From: a virus
Virus record (IMG/VR): IMGVR_UViG_2852885154_000004
Direction: 5' to 3' (one strand)
Length of the DNA: 64,000 nucleotides
Positions 1 through 9,394 of this stretch are shown here, piece after piece (position 1 is the first letter of the stretch; the number at the start of each line of letters is the position of its first letter). The position numbers and the translations under genes were made by a program. Under the pieces are notes generated by a model that was not told the origin of the DNA, did no database searches, and saw nothing but the letters and a program-made list of their open reading frames with translations.

Positions 1-1325
1 ATGGCAAGTACATATGGAGCTATGGGCGCCAATGCCGGAACTAAACCAGCCAATATTCCGCCTTCTGAAAATGAACCTATTACTCCAGTAAATGTTGTTA
101 TTATTGAACTTACCTTTCCTAATCCCCACATACCAATACTAAGTTTTATCAAACTCGAGGCGATTTCCGGATGCTCCATTAAGTAACCAAATCCAGTTGA
201 AATTGCTCCACCTATATCTCCAAGAGCATTTGAAATTTTATTAAAGTTTTCACTTCCAGCAAATGAATCCATTTTGCTAATAAAGTTTTGCATTCCATTT
301 ATAAATCTCTCGAATAATGATCCACTCTTAACACCTCCATCCTCAGCGATACCAACTAATTCAGCTAAGGACTTCTTTAAATTTCCAGTCATAGTAGATA
401 ACTTTCCGCTGGCAGTTTGACTTAACTTATCTGTCATTCCAGTGTAATTTTTATCTTTCATATACTGTTCAAATACTTTTGATAATGCATCCTTGTCTGT
501 AATTTGTCCTTGCTTATTATCAAAAGCTTTCATACCATTATCTTTTGCAAACTTATCTAACGTTTCACGTTTAATTCCAAATTGGGTCATACGTTCCCAT
601 TGGCCATTTATCATATCTGCATAAGCCTCTGTGGCTGTATCCATGTTTTGCCCCATAGATTTAAATGTTGCTCCTAGATCTGACATCATAGTCATCATTT
701 TTTTACTATCATCTAATCCATAAGCTTTCATTTTAACTAGAGATCCAACTGTTTCAGATTCTTCCCAAGGTGTTTCATTCGCAAAATCTGTTGCCATTTT
801 AAACTTTTCTCCACCTTTAGTTGCACTTCCATACAATGTATCAAGAGTCATCCTGCTATCCTGAAATTCCATAGCAGTTTTAAAGCCTTCACCTAATCCT
901 TCTTTAGCAGCTTTTAAAGAAATAAGGCCTCCTGTTATTTTAGCCACCATTCCTAACGTGGAATTACTAAAAGATTGCATTTTATTTCCTATCCCTGTGA
1001 ATGCATCAACACCAACTTGTTTTATGCGTCCAAAAGCATCAACCCACGAATTACCGCTCTTCGGAGCTTCTCTAGAAATCTCACCTGTAGCCTTTCTGAG
1101 TGCCTGTCCCATGGTATAACCTTCTTTAGTATAAGTCTGTGAAAGTTGAGCAATTTGGCTTTTCATATTTTGAGTAGCTAATCTATTTGCTCTTTCACTT
1201 TGACCTATTGAACTAGTAAACATTTTAAAGCCATTCGATGCTTTAGAAACAGAATTATCAAACTGATTAAATGTATTTGAAAAAGCATCTTTAATTAACA
1301 GGCTCCCTCCAAAGAAATCCTCCAT
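1..1325 (-). CDS. Tape measure protein, N-terminal part (runs off left edge)
   Basis: Read by hand: ATG at 1325 after GAGGTG RBS, MEDFFGGSLLIKDAFSNTF..., FANETPW motif; follows tail chaperone; absent from ORF track. Confidence 0.85.
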   Translation of the reverse strand, partial: MEDFFGGSLLIKDAFSNTFNQFDNSVSKASNGFKMFTSSIGQSERANRLATQNMKSQIAQLSQTYTKEGYTMGQALRKATGEISREAPKSGNSWVDAFGRIKQVGVDAFTGIGNKMQSFSNSTLGMVAKITGGLISLKAAKEGLGEGFKTAMEFQDSRMTLDTLYGSATKGGEKFKMATDFANETPWEESETVGSLVKMKAYGLDDSKKMMTMMSDLGATFKSMGQNMDTATEAYADMINGQWERMTQFGIKRETLDKFAKDNGMKAFDNKQGQITDKDALSKVFEQYMKDKNYTGMTDKLSQTASGKLSTMTGNLKKSLAELVGIAEDGGVKSGSLFERFINGMQNFISKMDSFAGSENFNKISNALGDIGGAISTGFGYLMEHPEIASSLIKLSIGMWGLGKVSSIITTFTGVIGSFSEGGILAGLVPALAPIAPYVLA

Positions 1326-1336
1326 AATTACTCACC

Positions 1337-1525
1337 TCACTTTTTCTTTATAAATGGATTCAATGATATTTTCTCATCTAAATCTTCTTCATGATTTAAT
1401 TCCATACTTGCTATATAAAACAGTCTTTCATAATAAGAAAGCCCAAGTAATTCTTTGATTTCATGCCCTCTATCTATGTAGTAAGAAATCATTCTGAATT
1501 CTCGGTCTTTTTTTATTACTTTTTT
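1337..1525 (-). CDS. -1 frameshift extension (gpGT-like) of tail assembly chaperone
   Basis: A_AAA_AAG immediately before stop of 1516..1917; -1 frame open (VIKKDREFRMISYYIDRGH...) to TGA at 1337. Confidence 0.75.
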   Translation of the reverse strand, partial: KKVIKKDREFRMISYYIDRGHEIKELLGLSYYERLFYIASMELNHEEDLDEKISLNPFIKKK

Positions 1526-1917
1526 ATCTCTTCAATTACTTCACTTGCATCTCTACCCACACCACTTAATGCTGATATTTCATCTGAAACTGCTTTAACT
1601 TCACTTGGATCTAAAAAATGGTTAACAATCCCATGAGGATTAGTTTTACATCCATAGCCCTCGTGTAATTTTTTATCTTTTAGATTTGGCTCAATTATAC
1701 CTTTATAGCATGCAATTATACTCGATTTATACATATCACCTTTTGCTTCTCTAATGGCGCTTTGTATTGTATCCATATCTAATGATTTAATTATTATTTT
1801 GCCATCTCCGATTCCGTTTTCCTTTAAAGACTTAATTGTTAATTCCTTTGTCTTTTCGCTTATCTTCTCATCTAAAATACCTTTATTCTTAAGTAGGTCC
1901 TCTATTTTAATTGCCAT
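1516..1917 (-). CDS. Tail assembly chaperone (XkdN-like)
   Basis: Position between tube and tape measure; slippery end. Confidence 0.8.
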   Translation of the reverse strand: MAIKIEDLLKNKGILDEKISEKTKELTIKSLKENGIGDGKIIIKSLDMDTIQSAIREAKGDMYKSSIIACYKGIIEPNLKDKKLHEGYGCKTNPHGIVNHFLDPSEVKAVSDEISALSGVGRDASEVIEEIKK

Positions 1918-1933
1918 ATTAATATCATCCTTT

Positions 1934-2359
1934 CTATTCGTATGTTACTTTACATGGATCATAAGAAAAGTCATAGGTACTCTCTAACATTTTAGTTATA
2001 TCAGCATCTATGACTTTGAATTTTGTTAGTGTGCAATCTTCTATCATAACTCTTTCAACACCATCTTGGCTTGGATCATTTAATTCTGAAATTAAATCAA
2101 AATTAAACGGTAACCCCGCCTTAATTTTATCATTGATTCTACTTGGCAAATCACTAAAGACTTTATGGAATGTTATTGTCCCTGTTCCTTCTGCTCCAGT
2201 TACAACTGTACCATTTCCCAACTGACCAGCTATAGGAATCTTTTCGGTTGTTAGTGATGATTCTGCTGAAGCTGCTTTTACTTCTGCATACATATCACCA
2301 TCTAGCCATAATGAGAAAAACTTGCCATTAATGACGTCCTTAGCTTCAAACTTTTCCAT
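1934..2359 (-). CDS. Tail tube protein (XkdM-like)
   Basis: VINGKF.SLWLDG, GTGTITFHKV, LNDP...G.ERV motifs. Confidence 0.85.
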   Translation of the reverse strand: MEKFEAKDVINGKFFSLWLDGDMYAEVKAASAESSLTTEKIPIAGQLGNGTVVTGAEGTGTITFHKVFSDLPSRINDKIKAGLPFNFDLISELNDPSQDGVERVMIEDCTLTKFKVIDADITKMLESTYDFSYDPCKVTYE

Positions 2360-2375
2360 CTAATCACTTCCTCTA

Positions 2376-3461
2376 CTAATAATTTAAGATAAGATCTAAA
2401 TCTTCCATAGCATCAACAACATAAACTCTTCCTTTAACAAATACTTTTTCATCTGTATCACATGCTAGTATTTCTTCATCTTTCATATTTGAGCAATCAT
2501 AACCCTTTTGATCTTCTAAATAATCCTTCTGTGCTTCCACATCTAGCCAAGTTTCAGACGTTTCACCATCATTTAGGGCCCCTTGCTTAACCATGGTCCT
2601 CATATATGAATTAAAAGCTGATATGAGTAGTCTTTTTTTGCTTAAAGAATTATTAACTTTACCTTGGTAACTCTTCTTAAAAGTTACTTTAAGATCATCT
2701 CTAATCATATCGAAAATATCAACTACTCTAATTTTTTTTAGTGAGTCCTTTTCATCAGCTCCAATAGTTACTTTAGAATTAACACCCTTAGACAAAACTA
2801 CTGATTCTAAATCATTATCATAGAATAAGAATAGCTTTCCTTCATCAACTAAAGTATCTAAATCATCACCAACAACATCAACTGATTTAACTCCATCTAA
2901 TACCATATTAGTAAGTGAACTATCTAAACCACAATTAGCAGCTAAACAAGCAATGTCAACTGTAAATTCTAGCCCTGTATAAGTTGTTGTTCCATCTGAC
3001 ATATTAATTTTATTATTTATAAAATTAATAAGCCCCTCATAATCACCAGCGTAATCGTGAAGGACTGCTTTTACTAATATATTATTATTCTTTCTTTGAT
3101 CCTTAATAAACTGAGCAATTTTCAATTTATCATTATTATCCGATACTGTAGGACACGCCATGTAATTAAATTTAACATCATTTAATATTGTAAGTGCCTT
3201 TTCTATAGACTCTGGAGTTTGTGCTGCTGAATTAAAGCATGCTACTTTTAGATTCTTAACACCTCTATCACTAAAACACCTAGTAATTATAGCTTTATTA
3301 TTTACTGAGTATTCTTCCTTTACATTTCGTAATCTTGTGTAAGTATGCAATCCAGTCACATTAGGATCATCTAATATTAAACACACAATCCCTCTTTTAC
3401 TTCTACTGGATCCACTTTCAGCAAGTGCTTTAAGCATAATCATAATTTTTTGCATCGCCAT
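2376..3461 (-). CDS. Tail sheath protein (XkdK-like)
   Basis: RSKRGIV, KKIRVVDIFD, DAMEDL motifs; upstream of tube. Confidence 0.88.
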   Translation of the reverse strand: MAMQKIMIMLKALAESGSSRSKRGIVCLILDDPNVTGLHTYTRLRNVKEEYSVNNKAIITRCFSDRGVKNLKVACFNSAAQTPESIEKALTILNDVKFNYMACPTVSDNNDKLKIAQFIKDQRKNNNILVKAVLHDYAGDYEGLINFINNKINMSDGTTTYTGLEFTVDIACLAANCGLDSSLTNMVLDGVKSVDVVGDDLDTLVDEGKLFLFYDNDLESVVLSKGVNSKVTIGADEKDSLKKIRVVDIFDMIRDDLKVTFKKSYQGKVNNSLSKKRLLISAFNSYMRTMVKQGALNDGETSETWLDVEAQKDYLEDQKGYDCSNMKDEEILACDTDEKVFVKGRVYVVDAMEDLDLILNY

Positions 3462-3896
3462 TTATTTATCACCGTCCTTGTATATTAATTCTTCCATTAA
3501 TTTAGTGTACTTTTCTTGATCCGGAATAGTAGTTTTGTCATCTAAGTAATTTAACGTCAATATTAATGTGACAAAATCATCAGCTTTATTAAATTTCTTC
3601 TTACCAAATACCAACTTTCTACTTCCTATGTCCAAATATATATCAAACAATTCATTTAATTGGTCCTGCATATCAAGCAATTGCTCCTCGGTAACTACTT
3701 TGTCAGTAAAAGTTATAGAGATATTAACAAGTTTCTCATTATATCTTAAATAAGGATCAGTTGTTAAAGGTGTTACCGATACAAAAAATGTAGGGATCTT
3801 TACTTCCTGTTCATTCTTTTTAATTGAAATTTTATACCCAAAAGTTTTTTTAAGTAAAACAGTTGTATTATATAAAAGCTCAACATATTTAATCAT
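3462..3896 (-). CDS. Tail terminator-like protein
   Basis: Gene order and size. Confidence 0.6.
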   Translation of the reverse strand: MIKYVELLYNTTVLLKKTFGYKISIKKNEQEVKIPTFFVSVTPLTTDPYLRYNEKLVNISITFTDKVVTEEQLLDMQDQLNELFDIYLDIGSRKLVFGKKKFNKADDFVTLILTLNYLDDKTTIPDQEKYTKLMEELIYKDGDK

Positions 3897-4297
3897 TTAA
3901 ACACCTCATCTCTAATCCTATCTTTAATACTTTTTTGAAGCTCTCTTTGATAAATTTCTATACTATCACCAATCATATGTCTCCCAGGTACAAAGCTTTT
4001 TACTAATTTTTTGCCAATAGCAGGAACATATCTTCCTACTTCTTGAAAATGCCCTTCTTCAACTGCTTGAGCATAAGGAAGAGCACTCCCTATTCTAATT
4101 TTGTAAGTCTTAAATTTAACTATTTCTACCTTGCCATGAGTCATTGACCTTCTTAGATCACCACTTTTCACGGGTGTTCTACTTTGAATCTCACCGATAC
4201 ACATGGTTGACTTTTCTTCCATCTCTTCAATAATTATTCCGCTTACCCTACTAAACTTTGTCATCATTTTTTTCTTAAAGTCATTAAAACTCAACAT
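3893..4297 (-). CDS. HK97 gp10-family neck protein
   Basis: TPVKSGDLRRS, YAQAVEEGH motifs. Confidence 0.8.
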   Translation of the reverse strand: MLSFNDFKKKMMTKFSRVSGIIIEEMEEKSTMCIGEIQSRTPVKSGDLRRSMTHGKVEIVKFKTYKIRIGSALPYAQAVEEGHFQEVGRYVPAIGKKLVKSFVPGRHMIGDSIEIYQRELQKSIKDRIRDEVFK

Positions 4298-4635
4298 TAC
4301 TGCTCACCATTTTCTACAATTATCACATCTTTTTTCTCTAGCAGCATAACGTCTAAGTAATCATCATCCCAAGGAATTCCAGTAATTTCATAAAATTTTT
4401 CCTTATACTTTATAATACAATCTTCAGCAATCTCTGGAATAATGTCACAAAACATTCTTCTTGTACACTCAATATCATATCCATAATCTTTCTTAGCTTT
4501 TTCAGTACTATAAGGCTGTATATCTACCATAATTGGATCCTGCGTTATTAATAATTTATAACCTGTCCTGCTTATTCCATATTCATCATCATGATCTCCA
4601 TAAATATAAATTTGAATTTCTTTATCATAAAACAT
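4297..4635 (-). CDS. Head closure/head-tail adaptor
   Basis: Gene order; DIQPYS motif. Confidence 0.6.
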   Translation of the reverse strand: MFYDKEIQIYIYGDHDDEYGISRTGYKLLITQDPIMVDIQPYSTEKAKKDYGYDIECTRRMFCDIIPEIAEDCIIKYKEKFYEITGIPWDDDYLDVMLLEKKDVIIVENGEQ

Positions 4636-4647
4636 ATATTCACCTGC

Positions 4648-4977
4648 CTAATAGTACATTTTTACATACGGAGTAGGTAAAATAGATTTAATATCATCAT
4701 TTATACAAAAGGCTTTATCTTCTCCATAAGTAACACTTCTAGCCCCTTGCGTAATTGATTTTACATTTCCATTATTTCCATTCCTTTTACACTCATATGC
4801 ATTTGTTACTATTAAAGTTATTGCAGTACTATAGTTATCCTTTATATATTGATCATCTAACAAATCATTGTTTAAATAATTTTTAATAAGAGTTACAGCC
4901 ATGCTAATGTATATATTCAACTTAGAATCTTCTTTATCTGTAGTCAATCCAATTAATGTTTTGATATCTTCTAACAT
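4648..4977 (-). CDS. Head-tail connector (SPP1 gp15-like)
   Basis: VKSITQGARSVTY motif; follows capsid. Confidence 0.75.
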   Translation of the reverse strand: MLEDIKTLIGLTTDKEDSKLNIYISMAVTLIKNYLNNDLLDDQYIKDNYSTAITLIVTNAYECKRNGNNGNVKSITQGARSVTYGEDKAFCINDDIKSILPTPYVKMYY

Positions 4978-5099
4978 TACTTTTTGCCCTTATCATCTGT
5001 TTTTTCCTCTAATATTTTATATCCATTAGCAATTAGCTTATCCTTTTCATTTTCGGCTTCAACAACTTTAACCACATTCAATTTTTTTAATTTATACAA
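4977..5099 (-). CDS. Small phage protein (40 aa) after major capsid
   Basis: TTG start after AAGGAAGG; MYKLKKLNVVKVVEAENEKDKLIANGY; read by hand. Confidence 0.55.
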   Translation of the reverse strand: MYKLKKLNVVKVVEAENEKDKLIANGYKILEEKTDDKGKK

Positions 5100-5142
5100 A
5101 ACAATCATCCTTCCTTAAAGAAAAAGCCAGGAATAAAATTTC

Positions 5143-6096
5143 CTAGCTTAATGCTTCCTTAATATTTATTCTGCAAAGTTTTAGAGCTTCATCCATTATC
5201 CATAAATCATGATACTTTCTATAATCCAATTTCCATGCATCCGCATCTTGATTTGTATCAGGATCAAAAATTCTAACCTTATCGGTCTTATTTACTGCAA
5301 TTGGTGCTGTTAATGGAGTTATCATCCAGTTAATATTTTTAGCAGTAGTAGCAACTTTAAATCCACCTGCAGTTTGACCAGACGTTTTACCATCATAAAA
5401 CTCATATGCTGTTTTTAATCTCGCACTTGGAACTTTTATTATTGGAATATTATCAATAGATTGAACTTTAGTTTGAATATCTCCCTTTTGGAAATCGCAA
5501 GAACAAATGTATTTGTTAAACTTATCGCTTTGATCTAAAATTGATGAAATTAAAGCAGACATAGATATAACTAAAGGAACATCTCCACCAACAATATCTT
5601 GAATAGCAGCAATATCAGCTTTTAGCAACTCAAGTACATTTGATGCAGTTATTGTATTTCCGCCAGTTGCTAATACACTTGTAGAACCTTCAGCAACTGT
5701 CGCTTCAATAGCTAAACTTGCAATCTTAGAATATCTGAAAGAATCAATTTCCGGAACAACCTTAGTTGCTTGAAATTGTCCCATTACATTAGTAGCATTA
5801 GCAACAAAGTTAGATTCGTTAACATCCATACTATCTAACATAAATGTTCTGCCTCTATCCATTGTCATAGTCTTAGTTTCATATTCTAAAACTATTGCGC
5901 CATCTGCAAAACCTTTTGATCTGTCGTAATCTCCTAATCCATCCATAGATATCTTAGGAATTTTTACTTCTTTACCACCATTGTAAATTACCTGACCCGC
6001 ATTAGCATCCATCCATCCTGATGTTAATTTAGCTACTGCTTGTTTATCTAATGCTTGTTGAAATAAAGTTGCATATGCAATTGTGTTAACTGCCAT
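5143..6096 (-). CDS. Major capsid protein
   Basis: GGKEVKIPKISMDGLGDYDR, LDYRKYHDLWI motifs; follows scaffold. Confidence 0.88.
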   Translation of the reverse strand: MAVNTIAYATLFQQALDKQAVAKLTSGWMDANAGQVIYNGGKEVKIPKISMDGLGDYDRSKGFADGAIVLEYETKTMTMDRGRTFMLDSMDVNESNFVANATNVMGQFQATKVVPEIDSFRYSKIASLAIEATVAEGSTSVLATGGNTITASNVLELLKADIAAIQDIVGGDVPLVISMSALISSILDQSDKFNKYICSCDFQKGDIQTKVQSIDNIPIIKVPSARLKTAYEFYDGKTSGQTAGGFKVATTAKNINWMITPLTAPIAVNKTDKVRIFDPDTNQDADAWKLDYRKYHDLWIMDEALKLCRINIKEALS

Positions 6097-6132
6097 AAAA
6101 TATCACTCTCCAATTTTTATAATTTATTATTT

Positions 6133-6723
6133 TTACATCATCATTTTTGCTAAATCATCTGCGGTTAATTCACCAGCACCATTTTCACCTGGTGGAGTAT
6201 AATTACCATCAGCTATTGCCTTTTTTACGCCACTACTAACCATTTCATCAATTATACTTTTAAAGTTTCCAATGCTAGCTTCAACATTTTCCACGTTGCT
6301 AGTATTAAAGAACTCGATAGTCTTTGTAGGGTCAAAGCCAGACTGCGTTAACAAATCTTTAATTTTAGATTGATTTGCTAAATTCTGTGCTTCAACTTCC
6401 TTTTCAGTAAATTTTCTTTCCAGCTCTTCAATTTTAAGTTGCTCTGGAGTCTTTTTCTTGCCAGTAGCCTTAAGAACCTCATCGTTAATAAGTGTTGGTA
6501 AATTGTTAGTCTTCCAAGTTTCTAGTGCTTTATTAGCATGTGTATCTTTTTCTGAATCAATAAAAGATTTAAAAGCTTTATCGCTTTCTAACTTGGCCTT
6601 AAAGGCGTCTAAAGTCGGCTCAACTTTAAAAGTTGATTCGATATCAGTCCCCTTTAATAGATCATTAATATCATCTTCATCTTTTGATGCTTCAACTTTC
6701 TTTAATAACTCTGCTTTTTTCAT
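6133..6723 (-). CDS. Capsid scaffold protein (DUF4355-like)
   Basis: Charged coiled coil, KALETWK; directly upstream of capsid. Confidence 0.75.
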   Translation of the reverse strand: MKKAELLKKVEASKDEDDINDLLKGTDIESTFKVEPTLDAFKAKLESDKAFKSFIDSEKDTHANKALETWKTNNLPTLINDEVLKATGKKKTPEQLKIEELERKFTEKEVEAQNLANQSKIKDLLTQSGFDPTKTIEFFNTSNVENVEASIGNFKSIIDEMVSSGVKKAIADGNYTPPGENGAGELTADDLAKMMM

Positions 6724-6869
6724 GTTATATTCCTCCTATCCCCTAGACCATACAAGATGTGCCCTAGAACATAAATATTTTTGAATTTGGTATACTTTAT
6801 CACTTGAAATTTTCAGCCTTTTCTCGCCATGCTAAGGGCAAAATAAAAAGCCTTATTTCTAAGACTTAA

Positions 6870-7250
6870 TTACTTTTCATTTTTACCAAGAACATTTCTT
6901 TCTATCCTGTCTTCAACTCTTCTATTCATCCACATTAAAGCCTCTTCAATATGAGTTAATGCACATGCATTTTCTCTACTTGCAAATGGTCCAGCTTGAA
7001 ATGACTTTAATCTGTCTCTTACTATTTCTAATAGGTCAGTGTCAATTACACCATGAGTCGAATCTTTTTCTTTTCTTGGTCCTTTTTGAAATTGTATCTT
7101 TGAAATAATATGAGTCTCTTTAGATTTTCCAACGGGAAACAATTCATATTGAATTCTATATTCATGATGCGCACCTCCTGGGCCTTCTCCATCTGCTGCA
7201 AAAACTTGATTTAATTTTTCTCTCTTTTGAATTGTACTTAATTCTTTCAT
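6870..7250 (-). CDS. tad1: Tad1-family anti-Thoeris/anti-CBASS signal sponge
   Basis: [66 protein letters not shown] closely match the clostridial Tad1 sequence as recalled. Confidence 0.88.
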   Translation of the reverse strand: MKELSTIQKREKLNQVFAADGEGPGGAHHEYRIQYELFPVGKSKETHIISKIQFQKGPRKEKDSTHGVIDTDLLEIVRDRLKSFQAGPFASRENACALTHIEEALMWMNRRVEDRIERNVLGKNEK

Positions 7251-7264
7251 AACACTAATTCCTC

Positions 7265-7735
7265 CTAATTATTTTTAATACCTTTATATGCTGTTTGAAG
7301 TAAGAATCCCAATTGATTCCATACTTGATTTTTAATTCTTTCCTTACATATTTCAGCGCCAATTTCTTCATTGTAGTTCACTGGATCTACGCAAGCAGAA
7401 CTTTCAACAATCGTAAATCCATTAACTAATGTTGCAATAACAATGGTAATTTTATCTTTCTTTGTGAACACCTCATAGTCAACAATAAAATCATTAACCA
7501 TTTGTGGACCTACTGAAACTCCACTAGGCAAATTAGGATTATCATCAACCTTTAAATAATATTTATCAAATTGACATCCTGGCCTCCATGAAGTATATCC
7601 GGTTTCATCTTCAACTAAATAACCGTCAATTGTTTGGTCTTCTCCTTTAGGAGCTTCCCATCCTTTAAATTGATTATATTCTCCTCTTGTCATTGGTTGA
7701 GCTTTTACTAATGTAGTTCCGATATAGTAATTCAT
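7265..7735 (-). CDS. Two-domain protein: YIGT..AxPMT domain plus phage gp49/66-like domain; candidate nucleotide sponge
   Basis: C-terminal [22 protein letters not shown] is the gp49/66 signature; adjacent to tad1. Confidence 0.6.
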   Translation of the reverse strand: MNYYIGTTLVKAQPMTRGEYNQFKGWEAPKGEDQTIDGYLVEDETGYTSWRPGCQFDKYYLKVDDNPNLPSGVSVGPQMVNDFIVDYEVFTKKDKITIVIATLVNGFTIVESSACVDPVNYNEEIGAEICKERIKNQVWNQLGFLLQTAYKGIKNN

Positions 7736-7853
7736 TTATACATTCCTCCTAAAATAAAAATAAGCCTTAACGCTGGCTTTGCGAGATATTTGATCACCAC
7801 CTTAATTTTAGACATAAAAATAGCACCTACCTGTTCAACTTAAGTAAGTGCTT

Positions 7854-8117
7854 CTAAATTAATTTGTATTTTGGTATGACAGAATCAACATCATCAACAT
7901 TTATTACTTGTTTTAATGTATCATCTATTTTTACCCGGCTAATATGTTCAATAGATTTGCATTCATTGCACCAAACATCCAAATAACCCATGTTATTAAC
8001 TTCATCTACTAATACATATGCATAAGCTGTATTTCTACTATTACATTTTGGGCATTTCCCTGATTTTCCTGTATCATGTATTGATTTTATACATTCCATC
8101 CATTTCACATACATCAT
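7854..8117 (-). CDS. Small Zn-ribbon protein, candidate immunity protein for the MuF toxin
   Basis: CPKC...CNEC; overlaps the MuF stop codon. Confidence 0.5.
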   Translation of the reverse strand: MMYVKWMECIKSIHDTGKSGKCPKCNSRNTAYAYVLVDEVNNMGYLDVWCNECKSIEHISRVKIDDTLKQVINVDDVDSVIPKYKLI

Positions 8118-9394
8118 CCCTTCTTCTTATATTCATTATACCATTCTTCTTCAATTTTATAAGCCTCTTCCTCAAATTTATTTCTATTTTCCATTACATA
8201 TTGACCACCATATTTTTTGTACTGTTCAACATGTACTTTTTCATGCACTATAGTTCTTAACAATTCATCTCTATTTTTAAAAGCACCAGGGAATAAATCT
8301 ATTCTACCAACATCTTTGGGATCTGCTGAAGCAAAAAAAGGTAAGTCAATTAAACTCTTATCTCTTTGTATTTTTATCTTTATTCCTTCTAAATCAATTT
8401 TAGCTTCTTTGCAGACCGATCTAATATGTTTTAATTGCATTGGCTCTTCAAGTTTTGCAAATTCTCCAATATTGCTAGTTCTTCTTTTCATCTTTAAATG
8501 TTCAGCACCTGGACCATTAGCCCATTCTTGATAACTTTGCCAATTAATATTTTGTTTAGTTTCATTATCAAGTCGCATCTTAGGATGCCAATCTTTATCC
8601 AGTAATGATATATAAACACATCTACAAAATGGATGCTGCGGTATTTGTACAGGCTTTTTATCAATATCAAATACTTTAGTATCATACTGAGCACACTTTG
8701 AGCAGACTTTACCATCAAGAGTAGCCATATACATAACTTTCTTTATTTCATGATCACGTTGCCATAAATCATTAGCACCTTCTTGCACTCTACATATGTT
8801 ATCTTGGACTAATCTCTTTGTTTCATATGCATTCTCATTATATTTTTTCTTTATTTTATTTTCTATTTCATTTACATTAGTTTCACCATTAAGAAATTTT
8901 TTAATTTCACTTCTTAATATCTTACTCATATCATTTTTATTATTATATAACCTATCTGACCAAAGTTTATCATCAACTTTAGTATTAATAATATTTTCTA
9001 ACGCTTTATCGTCAATTTGAGTGAGTTTAAAATCAGTACCGAGGCTATAAAGATAATTATTTGTACTATATTTACTTTTACCAACATCGCATAATATGTT
9101 CTTAGTTAAATTAGTTTCAAAATCTAATTCTGATTTGAATTTATCAATAATTAAGTTGCTTAACTCTGAATACAAATTCTTCTTTTCTTCTGAACCTAAA
9201 TTCATTATATTATCTAAAATATAATACGATAATAGTATCTTCGCTATTTTATTTAAAAGATCATCTCTATTTTCCTTCTGTCCTTTATATGCTTCACTGA
9301 TTTTGTTATCATTTTGATCGTATAGCTCTTTGGCAAACTCCAATGTTTTATCATTAAAAAATTCTTGCTCTGGAGTGAGCTCTTTCTTATCCAT
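8114..9394 (-). CDS. MuF/SPP1 gp7 minor head protein with C-terminal HExxH extension
   Basis: ATLDGKVCSKC, PQHPFCRC motifs, then about 130 aa with TIVHEKVHVEQ. Confidence 0.85.
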   Translation of the reverse strand: MDKKELTPEQEFFNDKTLEFAKELYDQNDNKISEAYKGQKENRDDLLNKIAKILLSYYILDNIMNLGSEEKKNLYSELSNLIIDKFKSELDFETNLTKNILCDVGKSKYSTNNYLYSLGTDFKLTQIDDKALENIINTKVDDKLWSDRLYNNKNDMSKILRSEIKKFLNGETNVNEIENKIKKKYNENAYETKRLVQDNICRVQEGANDLWQRDHEIKKVMYMATLDGKVCSKCAQYDTKVFDIDKKPVQIPQHPFCRCVYISLLDKDWHPKMRLDNETKQNINWQSYQEWANGPGAEHLKMKRRTSNIGEFAKLEEPMQLKHIRSVCKEAKIDLEGIKIKIQRDKSLIDLPFFASADPKDVGRIDLFPGAFKNRDELLRTIVHEKVHVEQYKKYGGQYVMENRNKFEEEAYKIEEEWYNEYKKKG

